Assembly: GCA_015134435.1 (NCBI GenBank)
Contig: CP043989.1
Span: forward strand, 1 to 32,000
Direction of reading: 5' to 3'
DNA: 32,000 nt
From: Candidatus Saccharimonadota bacterium
Lineage (GTDB): Bacteria > Pseudomonadota > Gammaproteobacteria > Enterobacterales > Enterobacteriaceae
Shown: one piece after another, positions 1 through 12,083 of the stretch
Layout of the letters: the number at the start of each line of letters is the position of its first letter
How positions within the stretch are numbered: the stretch's first letter is position 1
Made by a program: the position numbers and the translations under genes
Notes under the pieces: model-generated
What the model saw: the letters and a program-made list of their open reading frames with translations, nothing else
Databases searched by the model: none
Told to the model about the DNA's origin: nothing

Positions 1-144
1 AATATATTTAATAAAAATAAAAAAAATATATTTAATAAAAATAAAAAAAATATATTTAATAAAAATAAAAAAAATATATTTAATAAAAATAAAAAAAATA
101 TATTTAATAAAAATAAAAAAAATAAATTTAATAAAAATAAAAAA
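1..144. repeat. In-frame 24-nt tandem repeat inside the infB 5' region
   Basis: The unit is aatatatttaataaaaataaaaaa. There are five perfect copies at 1-120 and a sixth at 121-144 with one substitution. Each unit encodes NIFNKNKK in the infB frame. The array may continue upstream of the window. Confidence 0.9.
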
Positions 145-1701
145 AATAATTTATTAAATAATAAATTATTAATTTATAAAAAAAAAATAATTAGTGAAAT
201 AAAAAAATATTATAGTAAAAATAATAAAAAATATATAAGACCACCAATAATAACAATTATGGGACATGTTAATCATGGAAAAACATCTTTAATTAAATGT
301 TTAAAAAATAAAAAAAACATAAATGAAAAATGAAATATAACACAAAGTATAAATACTTATTATATAAAAAATAAATATATTAATTTTACTATTTTAGATA
401 CCCCTGGTCATTCTATATTTACTGATATAAGATTAAAAAGCTTAAAAATAACAGATTTAATTATATTAATAATTGCTATAGATGACGGTATAATGAAACA
501 AACAAAAGAAATAATTAAATATATAAAAACAAATAAAAAACCAACAATTATAGCACTTAATAAAATAGATAAAATAAATTATAAATATAATATAAATATA
601 ATAAAAAAAAAATTATCTAAATACAAATTAATTTCTAAAAAATTAGATGAAAAATATTTATTTGTAAAAATATCTACAAAATTTAAAAAAGGTATAAAAA
701 AATTAATAAAATATATTTCAATATTATCTAAAAAAATAAATTTAAATACAAATATAAATAAAAACATTTCATCTGGAATTATACTTGATTCAGGAATAGA
801 TAAAAATAAAGGACCAATAAATAATATAATAATAAAACGTGGAATATTAAAAATTAAAGATATTTTATTATGTAAAAACAGTTATGGAAAAATAAAATCT
901 ATATATAATAATAAAAATAAAAAAATCAATAAATTATTACCTTCTATTCCAGGTAAAATATTAGGTCTACCTAATGAAAATTTTTCAGGAGAAAAATTTA
1001 TTACTATAAAAAATATTAAATTAGCTAAAAAAATATCAAAAATTAAAAAAAATATATATATAAAAAAAAATAATAATAATTTAAATAAATATAATATTAA
1101 TAAAAATTTATTTAATAAAAATAATAAAAAAATAAATATTATTATAAAAAGTAATACATATGATTCATTAAATATAATAAAAAAATGAATCAAAAAAAAA
1201 TACAAAAATAAAATAAATATAATATTTTATTCTATAGGTAATATTAATAAAAATGATTTAATATTATCAAAAACAACAAAATCTATAATTATAGCATATA
1301 AAATAAATATAAATAATATAAATAATAAAATATATTATAAAACAAAAATATATTTTTTTAAAATAATATATAAAATATTTAATAAATTAAAAAAAATAAT
1401 ATTAAAAAAAAATAATATTAAAAATAATAAAAAAAAATATTTAGGAAAAGCAATAATAAAAAATATATTTAAAATATCAAAAAATAATATAATAGCTGGA
1501 TGTAAAGTAATAAAAGGTAAAATAAATAAAAATAATAATATAATTATAATAAGAAAAAAAAAAATTATTCATAAAGGACAAATTAAATCAATTAAACAAT
1601 TTAAAAAAAATATAAAAATAGTTAAAAATAATATGAAATGTGGAATAAACATAAAAAATTTTTATAAAATAAAAATTGGAGATATAATATTATCTATATA
1701 A
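1..1701 (+). CDS. infB: Translation initiation factor IF-2, 5'-partial; needs TGA=Trp
   Basis: Frame 1 is open from base 1. Motifs seen are the G1 motif GHVNHGKT (262-285), DTPGH (397-411) and NKID. In-frame TGAs at 331-333 and 1186-1188 are read through, and TAA lies at 1699-1701. The track ORF 493..1188 is an internal fragment. rbfA-truB follow, as in the E. coli operon. Confidence 0.9.
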
Positions 1702-1717
1702 TTAAAAATAAAAATAT

Positions 1718-2066
1718 ATGAACAAAAAAATAAAATATAATAAAATAAATAAAGAAATACAAAAACAAATAACAAAAATTATTATCTTAAAATTTAAATA
1801 TTTAATTAAAAAAAAAGATATTATTAATATAAATTATATTTATTTATCAAAAGATTTTTCTTATATTAATATATATATTAATTTTATAAAAGAAAAAAAA
1901 ATAAAAATTATTAATAATTATATAAATGAATTTAAAAAAAATTATATATATATAATTAAAGAATTAAAAAAAAAAATATATATTAAACATATACCTAAAA
2001 TAAATTTTAAATATGACACATTTTTAAATAAAATAAATAATTTATATAAAAAAATTAGTAAAGCTA

Positions 2067-2083
<17 letters not shown>
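1718..2083 (+). CDS. rbfA: Ribosome-binding factor A
   Basis: A 121-aa ORF with the RbfA-like core ININYIYLSKDFSYINIYINF. It sits between infB and truB. Confidence 0.8.
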
Positions 2084-2807
<724 letters not shown>

Positions 2808-2858
2808 ATAAAAAATAAAAATATTCATTTATTAATAAAAATATAAAAAATATTAAAT

Positions 2859-2930
2859 TAGCCCTTATTGGATTCGAACCAATGACCAAGCGATTATGAG
2901 TCGCTTGCTCTACCACTGAGCTAAAGGGCC
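2859..2930 (-). tRNA. ileX: tRNA with CAU anticodon, most likely tRNA-Ile2 (lysidine-dependent) rather than elongator Met
   Basis: Manual cloverleaf of 72 nt: GGCCCTT TA GCTC AGTGGTA GAGC A AGCGA CTCATAA TCGCT TGGTC ATTGG TTCGAAT CCAAT AAGGGCT A. The anticodon arm GCGACUCAUAAUCGC is identical to my memory of E. coli ileX. It is not initiator-like: there is no GGG/CCC anticodon stem. No 3' CCA is encoded. Confidence 0.65.
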
Positions 2931-2988
2931 AATAAGAAATATTATCAAATATAAAAAAAAAATTCAAGTTAAATAAAAAAATATTTTA

Positions 2989-3585
2989 TTATTTATTTTT
3001 AGTATATTTAAAAACTTTAACCATAGCTGGTCTTAATAATCTATTATTTAAAATATAACCATCTTGTAATATATCTACTACTAAATTATCTTCTTTTTTA
3101 TTATTTGAATTTAATATAGACATAGCTTGATGATAATTAGGATTAAAAGGAATATTAATTTTATTAATTATTAATACCCCAAATCTTTTTATTATAGAAA
3201 TAAAATTTTTTAAAATCAAATTTATACCTTTATAAGTTATATTAATATCTAATTTTTTATTTTTAATAGAATTTAAAGCATTTTTTAAATCATCAATTAT
3301 AGGTAAAAGATCATAAATAATCTCTTTTAAACAATATTTATATATTTTTTTTATATTTTTTTCATTACGTTTATTTATATTATCAATATTTGCATTATTA
3401 TATAAATTTATATTAATTATTTTTTTTTTTAAATTTATTATTTTTTTTTTTAAAATACTTAAATTACTTTTTTTTAAATCTAATTTATATTTCAAATTTT
3501 TAATTTTATTTTTTAATTTTTTTATTTTGTATAAATATTTTTTATTATTTTTAATATCTATTTTTTTTTTTTTATCAATATTCAT
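2989..3585 (-). CDS. grpE: Nucleotide exchange factor GrpE
   Basis: The C-terminal part is FNPNYHQAMSIL...DILQDGYILNNRLLRPAMVKV, typical of GrpE. The track ORF starts at TTG 3597. I prefer ATG at 3585, which is preceded by GGGAA. Confidence 0.85.
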   Translation of the reverse strand: MNIDKKKKIDIKNNKKYLYKIKKLKNKIKNLKYKLDLKKSNLSILKKKIINLKKKIININLYNNANIDNINKRNEKNIKKIYKYCLKEIIYDLLPIIDDLKNALNSIKNKKLDINITYKGINLILKNFISIIKRFGVLIINKINIPFNPNYHQAMSILNSNNKKEDNLVVDILQDGYILNNRLLRPAMVKVFKYTKNK

Positions 3586-3676
3586 AATAATTCCCAATAT
3601 ATATTTTAAATTAAAATATATATTATATACTAATATAAATTAATAAAAAATATATTATTAATATAAAATAAAATAA

Positions 3677-4123
3677 ATGAAAAAAAAAATAATAATAAAA
3701 AATAAAAAAATATATTTAAATTATAAAATCAAAAAAAAAATCACTGGAGGAATTATTTTAAAAGGATGAGAAGTTAAAATAATGAAAAAAAAAGAAATAG
3801 ATATAAAAAATAGTTATATAAAAATAAAAAATAAAAAAAAAATATATTTAACAAATTATAATATAAATAAAAATAATAAAATAAATTTATTTAATAAAAA
3901 TAATAATAATAGAGATATAGAAATATTACTTAAAAAAAAAGAAATAAAATATTTATATAATAAAATAAATAAAAAAGGATATACTTTAGTACCAATATTA
4001 ATTAAATTAAAAAAAATATGATTTAAAATAATAATAGGATTAGTTAAAGGTAAAAAAAAATATAATAAAAAAAAAAATATTAAAAAAATTAGACAAAATA
4101 AAAAAAATATTATTGATTTTTAA
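3677..4123 (+). CDS. smpB: SsrA-binding protein SmpB; needs TGA=Trp
   Basis: ATG lies at 3677. GGIILKGWEVK has its W encoded by TGA 3767-3769 (E. coli LQGWEVK). KKIWFKIIIGLVKGKKKYNKK has its W encoded by TGA 4019-4021 (E. coli NAWCKVKIGVAKGKK). TAA lies at 4121-4123. ssrA is immediately downstream. Confidence 0.9.
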
Positions 4124-4160
4124 TATATATATATATATAATTCTAATATAAAAATAAAAA

Positions 4161-4510
4161 GGGGTTGTTTTGGATTTGACAAAATATACAAATTTATTTG
4201 ATCATGTCGAGGAAACGGTTGGCCGCGTTAAAAACCGTAAAAAATAATTGCAAATAATTACAATTATGCTTTAGCAGCTTAAAAACTGAAAAGCCATTTT
4301 TTATATTATATTTATCTCTTTAAATTTATAAAAAATGTTATATTAAAAGAGAAATATTATAAAATGTCTATGTTTATAATATAATTATTTATAGATAAAC
4401 TTAATTATTTATTTTTTTTATTTTAAATAATTAAAAAATAAAATAAAATAAACATGTAATTTCAATAAAATTAGTTATTTTGGACGCGGGTTCGAATCCC
4501 GCCAACTCCA
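4161..4510 (+). ncRNA. ssrA: tmRNA (SsrA)
   Basis: The 5' end is GGGGTTGTTTTGGATTTGAC. The 3' end is GGACGCGGGTTCGAATCCCGCCAACTCCA. The acceptor stem has a G3-U70 pair (alanine identity). The tag ORF GCA AAT AAT TAC AAT TAT GCT TTA GCA GCT TAA (4250-4282) encodes ANNYNYALAA. No CCA is encoded. Confidence 0.93.
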
Positions 4511-4514
4511 TAAA

Positions 4515-4586
4515 AGGTGATTAACTCAGTGGTAGAGTGTCTCTTTTACAAGGAGAAAGTCAATGGTTCAATTCCATTATCACCTA
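4515..4586 (+). tRNA. tRNA-Val (UAC)
   Basis: Manual cloverleaf: AGGTGAT TA ACTC AGTGGTA GAGT G TCTCT TTTACAA GGAGA AAGTC AATGG TTCAATT CCATT ATCACCT A. It starts 4 nt after ssrA. Confidence 0.85.
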
Positions 4587-5911
4587 TTATTTAAAAAAAT
4601 ATTATTGTATATATAATTTAATAAAATTAAATTTAAATATTTATTGTTAATTTTATATTTATTAAATATTAAATTTAATATATCTTTAAAAAAAATATTA
4701 TTAATATTAATTTTATTAAAATATTTTTTAATTAAATTAATTAATTTTAATTTTCTTTTTTCTAAAATAATTTTTTTATTAGGTGGATAAATTCTATTTA
4801 TTTTAATATTTAATTTTTTTTGTAAAAAATAAAGAATTTTTATATCTTTTTTATTTATAAATAAAATAGTTTTACCTATATTATTACAACGACCAGTTCT
4901 TCCTATACGATGTATATAATATTTAAAATCTAAAGGTAAATCATAATTTATTACTAAATCAACATTATTAATATCTAAACCTCTAGAAGCAATATCAGTA
5001 GCAATTAATATATTTATAATTCCTTTACGTAAATTATTAATATTTTTTTCTCTTAAATTTTGATTCATATCACCATTTAATGGTGAACAATTATATCCAT
5101 TTTTTTCAAGTAAATTAGATAATTTTAATGTATAATTTTTTGTTTTAACAAATATAATAACAGCTTTAAATTGTTCAATTTCTAAAAAATTTATTAAAAA
5201 ATTTAATTTATCTTTATATAAATAAAATAAACAATAATATTGTTTAATATTTTTAGGTATATTATTTATTTTATTTAACGATAAATTTATTTCTTTAGGA
5301 GATAAATTTAATTTATTTATAATTTTTCTAATTTTATTACAAATAGTTGCTGAAAATAAAATAATTTGATATTTTTTTTTAATATAAGATAAAATAAATT
5401 TTACATCATTAACAAATCCTTTACAAAACATTTCATCAACTTCATCTAAAACAACAAATTTAATATTATTAAAATTTATTATATTATTGCGTTTTAAATA
5501 ATCAATTAATCTACCTGGAGTAGCAATAATTATATTAGGATTTTTTTTTAATTCATATAATTGAATATTATATTTTAATCCACCATATAAAGATAAAATA
5601 TTAAATTTCATATATTTAGAAAATAATATAAAATTATTTTTAATTTGTAAAGCTAATTCTCGTGTAGGTACTAAAACTAAACATTGTAAAAAAAAATTAC
5701 TTATATTATTTAAAATAGGTAAAATGTAAGCAGCTGTTTTACCACTACCAGTTTCAGCTACACCTAAAATATTAAATCCATTTAATAATAAAGGTATACA
5801 CTTTAATTGAATAGGAGTAGGTTTTTTATAACCAATTTCATTTATAATTTTTAATAATTTATTTTTTAATTTAAAATTATAAAAATTAATATTATTATTT
5901 ATATTATTCAT
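4577..5911 (-). CDS. deaD: DEAD-box ATP-dependent RNA helicase, DeaD/CsdA-like, lacking the long C-terminal extension
   Basis: Motifs seen are AETGSGKTAAY, PTRELA, VLDEVDEM (DEVD instead of DEAD), SAT, ATDIASRGLDI and HRIGRTGR. EKNGYNCSPLNGDMNQNLRE closely resembles E. coli DeaD. The gene sits downstream of rpsO-pnp, as in E. coli. The track stop TGA (4580-4582) is read as Trp, and the next codon is TAA at 4577-4579. Confidence 0.85.
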
Positions 5912-5924
5912 ATTTTATTAATTT

Positions 5925-8039
5925 TTATTTATTTTTTATATAATTATTTTCAATACTTAATTTTATTTTTCCATAAATATCTATATTTATAACTTTAACA
6001 TGTATATATTGACCAACTTTAAAATAATTAAAAATATTATTAATTTTATTAATATTATATATTTTAGATATATGAACTAAACCTTCTTTTTTTCCTAAAA
6101 TATTAACAAATAATCCAAAATTTACTATTTTAATAATTTTAGCTAAATATATATAACCTTTTTTAATTATACATATAATTTTTTTTATATCATTTATAGT
6201 ATTAATTGCATTATTTTTATTATTAGATATTATATTAATTAATCCATTATCATTAACTTCAATAAAACAATTATTTTTTTGAGTAAGAGACTTTATTACA
6301 GAACCACCTTTACCAATAACATCTTTAATTTTATTTATATCAATTTTAAATTTATATATTTTAGGAGAATAAGGTGATAAATAAGGTCTAAATGATTTAA
6401 TTTTAGATTCCATTTTATTTAAAATATATAATCTAGAATTATTAGATTTTTTTAAACATTCTTGAATATCATTTATATTAATTCCTTTAATTTTCATATC
6501 CATTTGTAATGCAGTTATACCTTTATTAGTTCCAATTATTTTAAAATCCATATCCCCTAATTTATCTTCATCTCCAATTATATCTGAAAGAATAAATTTT
6601 TTATTATTAGTTTTAATTAAACCCATTGCTATACCAGCAACATGTTTTTTAATAGGAACGCCAGCATCCATTAATGCTAAAGAAGCACCACATACAGAAG
6701 CCATAGAAGAAGATCCATTAGATTCCATAATATCAGATACTATACGTATAGTATAAGGAAATTTTTTTATATTAGGTAATATTGGAATAATACCTTTTTT
6801 AGCTAAATAACCATGACCTATTTCTCTACGTTTAGGAACCCCTAAATTACCTATTTCACCTACAGAATATGGAGGAAAATTATAATGAAAAATAAAATTA
6901 TCTATCCTTTCACCTAAAAATATATCATCAAAACTTTGAGCATCTTTAGAAGTACCTAAAGTAATAGTAACTAAAGCTTGAGTTTCTCCTCTAGTAAAAA
7001 GAGAAGAACCATGAACTCTTTTAGGTAAAAAACCAATTTTAATATTTATATCACGAATATCATTTTCTTTTCTACCATCTATACGAGTTCCAAAATTAAT
7101 TAAATTATTTATAAATATTTCTTTTTCAATTTCATTTATTTTATTAATTACTAAATATTCATAAAAATTTTCATTATTATTATTTAATTTTAATAATAAA
7201 TTATCTTTAATTTTATTTAATGATTTTATTCTTTTTATTTTATTATATTTTTTTGAATATATTAATTTTATTTTATCTATACAATAATCATATATATAAT
7301 TATATATATTTTTAGAAAGAAATTTATTAAAATAATTATTTTTAATAAAATTATTTTTTTTACATATATAATAAAATTTATTAATATTATTTATTAATTT
7401 ATTAAAATTATCAAAAGCAAAATTTATACCATCTATTATATATTTTTCATTTAAATTTTTACAAGAACAATCTATCATAAATATATCATTATTATTTCCA
7501 ACAACTATTAAATTTAATTTACTTATAATAATTTCATTTAAAGTAGGATTTAATATATATTTATGATTTATATAACCAACTCTTGCTACTCCTAAAGATT
7601 CAATATTATTTATACCAGATATTTTTAAAACTGCAAAAACTGCTATAATAGAAATTATATCTGTACTAATTTGAGGATTAACAGAAATAACATTTATAAC
7701 TATTTGTATATTATTAAAAAAATTTTTATCAAATAATGGACGTATAGATCTATCAATTAATCTAGAAATAATTATTTCATTATCACTAGATCTCACTTCC
7801 CTTCTAAAAAAACTTCCTGGTATTTTACCTATAGAATAAAATTTTTCTTGATAATTTACAGTTAAAGGTAAAAAATTTTGATCATTTTTAATTTCATCAT
7901 TACATACTAAAGTTACAATTACTACTGTATCATCCATATTAGCTATAATTGAAGAAGTACATTGACGAGCTATATAACCATTTTCTAATTTAATTACATT
8001 TTTTCCATAATTAAATTTTAAAATATTTTTTTTAAACAA
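5925..8039 (-). CDS. pnp: Polynucleotide phosphorylase
   Basis: A 704-aa intact ORF with RNase PH domains, KH (GKGGSVIK) and a C-terminal S1 domain. The start codon is TTG (revcomp of 8037-8039), preceded by AAAGGA. As I recall, E. coli pnp also starts with UUG. Confidence 0.95.
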   Translation of the reverse strand: MFKKNILKFNYGKNVIKLENGYIARQCTSSIIANMDDTVVIVTLVCNDEIKNDQNFLPLTVNYQEKFYSIGKIPGSFFRREVRSSDNEIIISRLIDRSIRPLFDKNFFNNIQIVINVISVNPQISTDIISIIAVFAVLKISGINNIESLGVARVGYINHKYILNPTLNEIIISKLNLIVVGNNNDIFMIDCSCKNLNEKYIIDGINFAFDNFNKLINNINKFYYICKKNNFIKNNYFNKFLSKNIYNYIYDYCIDKIKLIYSKKYNKIKRIKSLNKIKDNLLLKLNNNNENFYEYLVINKINEIEKEIFINNLINFGTRIDGRKENDIRDINIKIGFLPKRVHGSSLFTRGETQALVTITLGTSKDAQSFDDIFLGERIDNFIFHYNFPPYSVGEIGNLGVPKRREIGHGYLAKKGIIPILPNIKKFPYTIRIVSDIMESNGSSSMASVCGASLALMDAGVPIKKHVAGIAMGLIKTNNKKFILSDIIGDEDKLGDMDFKIIGTNKGITALQMDMKIKGININDIQECLKKSNNSRLYILNKMESKIKSFRPYLSPYSPKIYKFKIDINKIKDVIGKGGSVIKSLTQKNNCFIEVNDNGLINIISNNKNNAINTINDIKKIICIIKKGYIYLAKIIKIVNFGLFVNILGKKEGLVHISKIYNINKINNIFNYFKVGQYIHVKVINIDIYGKIKLSIENNYIKNK

Positions 8040-8104
8040 AACAATTTCCTTTATAAACTATTTTATAAATAAAAATTTTATTATATATATATTATATATA
8101 TAAA

Positions 8105-8362
8105 TTAATAACGTAATTTTAATTTTTTTATAATAAAATTATATTCATTTTTATTATTTAATTTTAAATATTTTAAAAGTTTACGACGATAAAAAATTAA
8201 TTTTAATAAACTAAATTTATTATGAAAATCTTTTTTAAAAACAGATAAATGTTTTTGTAAATTATTAATACGTAAACTTAATAAAAATATTTGAAATTTA
8301 GATGAACCAATATTATTTTTATTTTTTTTTAAATTATTAATTATTTTTTTTAAATTAAACAT
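8105..8362 (-). CDS. rpsO: 30S ribosomal protein S15
   Basis: An 85-aa ORF with an S15-like sequence (LSLRINNLQKHL...FHNKFSLLKLIFYRRKLLKYL). It lies immediately upstream of pnp. Confidence 0.9.
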   Translation of the reverse strand: MFNLKKIINNLKKNKNNIGSSKFQIFLLSLRINNLQKHLSVFKKDFHNKFSLLKLIFYRRKLLKYLKLNNKNEYNFIIKKLKLRY

Positions 8363-8403
8363 AAAATATTATAACTTATTTTTATAAAAAAATAAAAATA
8401 AAT

Positions 8404-8441
8404 AAAATATTAAAGTCCAATTATTAGGACTTTAATATTTT
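8404..8441 (-). terminator. Candidate intrinsic terminator downstream of groEL
   Basis: A perfect 15-bp inverted repeat: 8404-8418 aaaatattaaagtcc pairs with 8427-8441 ggactttaatatttt, with an 8-nt loop. A U-rich tract follows in the groEL direction (revcomp of 8391-8403). It is one of very few G/C-containing stems in the spacers. Confidence 0.5.
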
Positions 8442-8477
8442 TATTTTTTTTATAAAAATTAATAATTAAAATATATT

Positions 8478-10151
<1,674 letters not shown>

Positions 10152-10164
10152 TTATATATAATAA

Positions 10165-10455
10165 TTAATCAATAATTGCTAATACATCATTTTCAGACAT
10201 TATTAAAACTTCTTGATTATCTATTTTTTCAGATTTTATACCATAACTATCATTAAAAATTATTATGTCACCAACTTTTATATCAAGTTTTTTAATATTA
10301 CCATTATCAAGTATACGACCTTTACCAACAGCTATAACTTTTCCTCTAGTAGATTTATTAATTGCTGAACCTGTAAGTACTATACCTCCAGAAGATTTAG
10401 ATTCAATATTTTTACGTTTTACTATAATACGATCATGTAATGGACGAATTTTCAT
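10165..10455 (-). CDS. groES: Co-chaperonin GroES
   Basis: A 96-aa [17 protein letters not shown]...GGIVLTGSA, with a GAGGTG Shine-Dalgarno site. It lies upstream of groEL. Confidence 0.97.
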   Translation of the reverse strand: MKIRPLHDRIIVKRKNIESKSSGGIVLTGSAINKSTRGKVIAVGKGRILDNGNIKKLDIKVGDIIIFNDSYGIKSEKIDNQEVLIMSENDVLAIID

Positions 10456-10730
10456 AAAACACCTCTATTTATAATAAAATATATATTATTTTATTTTTTA
10501 TTTTATATTATTATTTATAATAATTATTTATTAAAAAAAATCAAAATTTTAAATTAAAAAAATAAATAATAAAAATTATATAAATAATTATATTATAATA
10601 TTAAAATATATATAACATATTATAATAATAAAAAAAATTAATATTATTGAAAAATTTTTTATTTTATATTAATATAAATATTAAATTTATAAAAATAAAA
10701 AAATAAAATATTTTAAAAATATTTTTAAAT

Positions 10731-10803
10731 GCCCAAATAGCTCAGTTGGTAGAGCAAAGGACTGAAAATCCTTGTGTCGGTGGTTCAATTCCACCTTTGG
10801 GCA
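10731..10803 (+). tRNA. tRNA-Phe (GAA)
   Basis: Manual cloverleaf: GCCCAAA TA GCTC AGTTGGTA GAGC A AAGGA CTGAAAA TCCTT GTGTC GGTGG TTCAATT CCACC TTTGGGC A. Confidence 0.9.
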
Positions 10804-11244
10804 AAATGAAATATTAATATTTTATTTTTTTTATAAATTATTTTTATTTATTATATTATATTTTTTATAAATAAAAATTTTTATTTAAATATAAATTTAA
10901 TTATATATTTAAATAATTTTTTATATATTTTATATTTATTAATATAAAATTATTTATAATTTATTATTTTTATTAATTTTTAATAAATATTAAATTTTAT
11001 TTTTATTAATAAAAATTTTTATTATTTAAAATAAAAAATTTATTAAAATAATATTTTTTTTAATTTAATATTACTTTTAATTAATATATTTATTAAATAA
11101 TTTTTATTTAAAAAATAAAATGTTTAATTATACTTAATTAAAATTTATATTAATATTTTATTAAATTAAATAATAAAATTTATTAATAGAAAATTATTTA
11201 ATATTTTTATGTTTTTTATTTTTTTTGTTTTATAAATTATTAAT

Positions 11245-12083
11245 TTAATATAATTTTATTTTATAATATATTTTATTAAAAAAATTTAATTTTATTAAAA
11301 AATTATTTAATTTAAAATTTATTTTTATATTAGTTTTTAAAGATATTAAATTATTTCAAATTAAAATATTTTTATAATTTTTTTTTAAATTTTTTATTAT
11401 ATTTATATAATTTTTTATTTTTAATTTTTTTATTTTATTTAAATTTTTATATATTTTATTTATATTACCTATATTATTTAATAATATAGAAGCTGTTTTT
11501 ATTCCTATACCTTTTATACCAGGTATATTATCACTTTTATCTCCACATAATATTAACATATCTTTAAATAAATTAGGATATATTCCATATTTTTTAAAAA
11601 CTTTTTTTTTTGTAAATAATAATTTTTTAGAAACTAACATATATATATTTTTATTAACTAATTGTAATAAATCTTTATCATAAGATAAAATATATATTTT
11701 ATAATTTTTATTATTTAAAAAATTTTTTATTAAAGTTGCAATTACATCATCACCTTCAACACAAGGTATATTATAATATTTTATATTTCAAATATTAAAT
11801 TTTTTTTTTATAAAATATATATAATTTAATAAAGATTTTGGAATAGATTTACGATTTTTTTTATAATTATAATATATTTTTTTTCTAAAATTTTTTCTTT
11901 TATTATGATCAAAAATAAAAATTATATATTTTGGTTTATATAAATAATATTTATATAAAATCATTTTTCAAAATATTTTAAATGATTTTTTTATATTAAT
12001 TATTTTCTTTTTATAATTTATTATATAATAAGATTTATATATATATATATTACAATCTATTATAAAAATTTTTTTTTACTCAT
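11245..12083 (-). CDS. polA: 5'-3' exonuclease: DNA polymerase I reduced to its 5'-nuclease domain. Needs TGA=Trp; the ATG is out of frame across an A9 run
   Basis: Manual translation gives IFIIDCNIYIYKSYY, IFIFDHNKRKNFRKK, VEGDDVIATL, ILSYDKDLLQLV, the H3TH motif LCGDKSDNIPGIKGIGIKTA and LISLKTNI. These are colinear with E. coli PolA residues of about 1-320. In-frame TGAs lie at 11968-70, 11788-90 and 11356-58, and TAA at 11245-47. The main frame is closed upstream by TAA at 12076-78. ATG at 12083-81 joins this frame only if the A9 run (12069-12077) is read as A10. The alternative is an ATT start at 12069. Confidence 0.75.

Noticed and set aside
1-144. The 24-nt direct repeat array as a possible CRISPR array
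   Set aside because: The units are contiguous with no spacers, lie in frame inside infB, and are pure A/T low complexity. No cas genes are present.
579-1205. Minus-strand ORFs 579..767 and 882..1205, and similar Phe/Ile/Leu-rich ORFs at 2282..2464, 17027..17266 and 19846..20046
   Set aside because: They are antisense to well-supported genes (infB, truB, valS, proS). They are low-complexity poly-F/I/L translations, as expected from the complement of Lys/Asn/Ile-rich coding sequence.
10456-10730. A search for a sigma-32 type heat-shock promoter (CTTGAAA / CCCCATNT) upstream of groES
   Set aside because: No match is recognisable on the groES strand. The only TTGAAAA lies on the opposite strand. 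The spacer is almost pure A/T, so I cannot support any specific promoter call.
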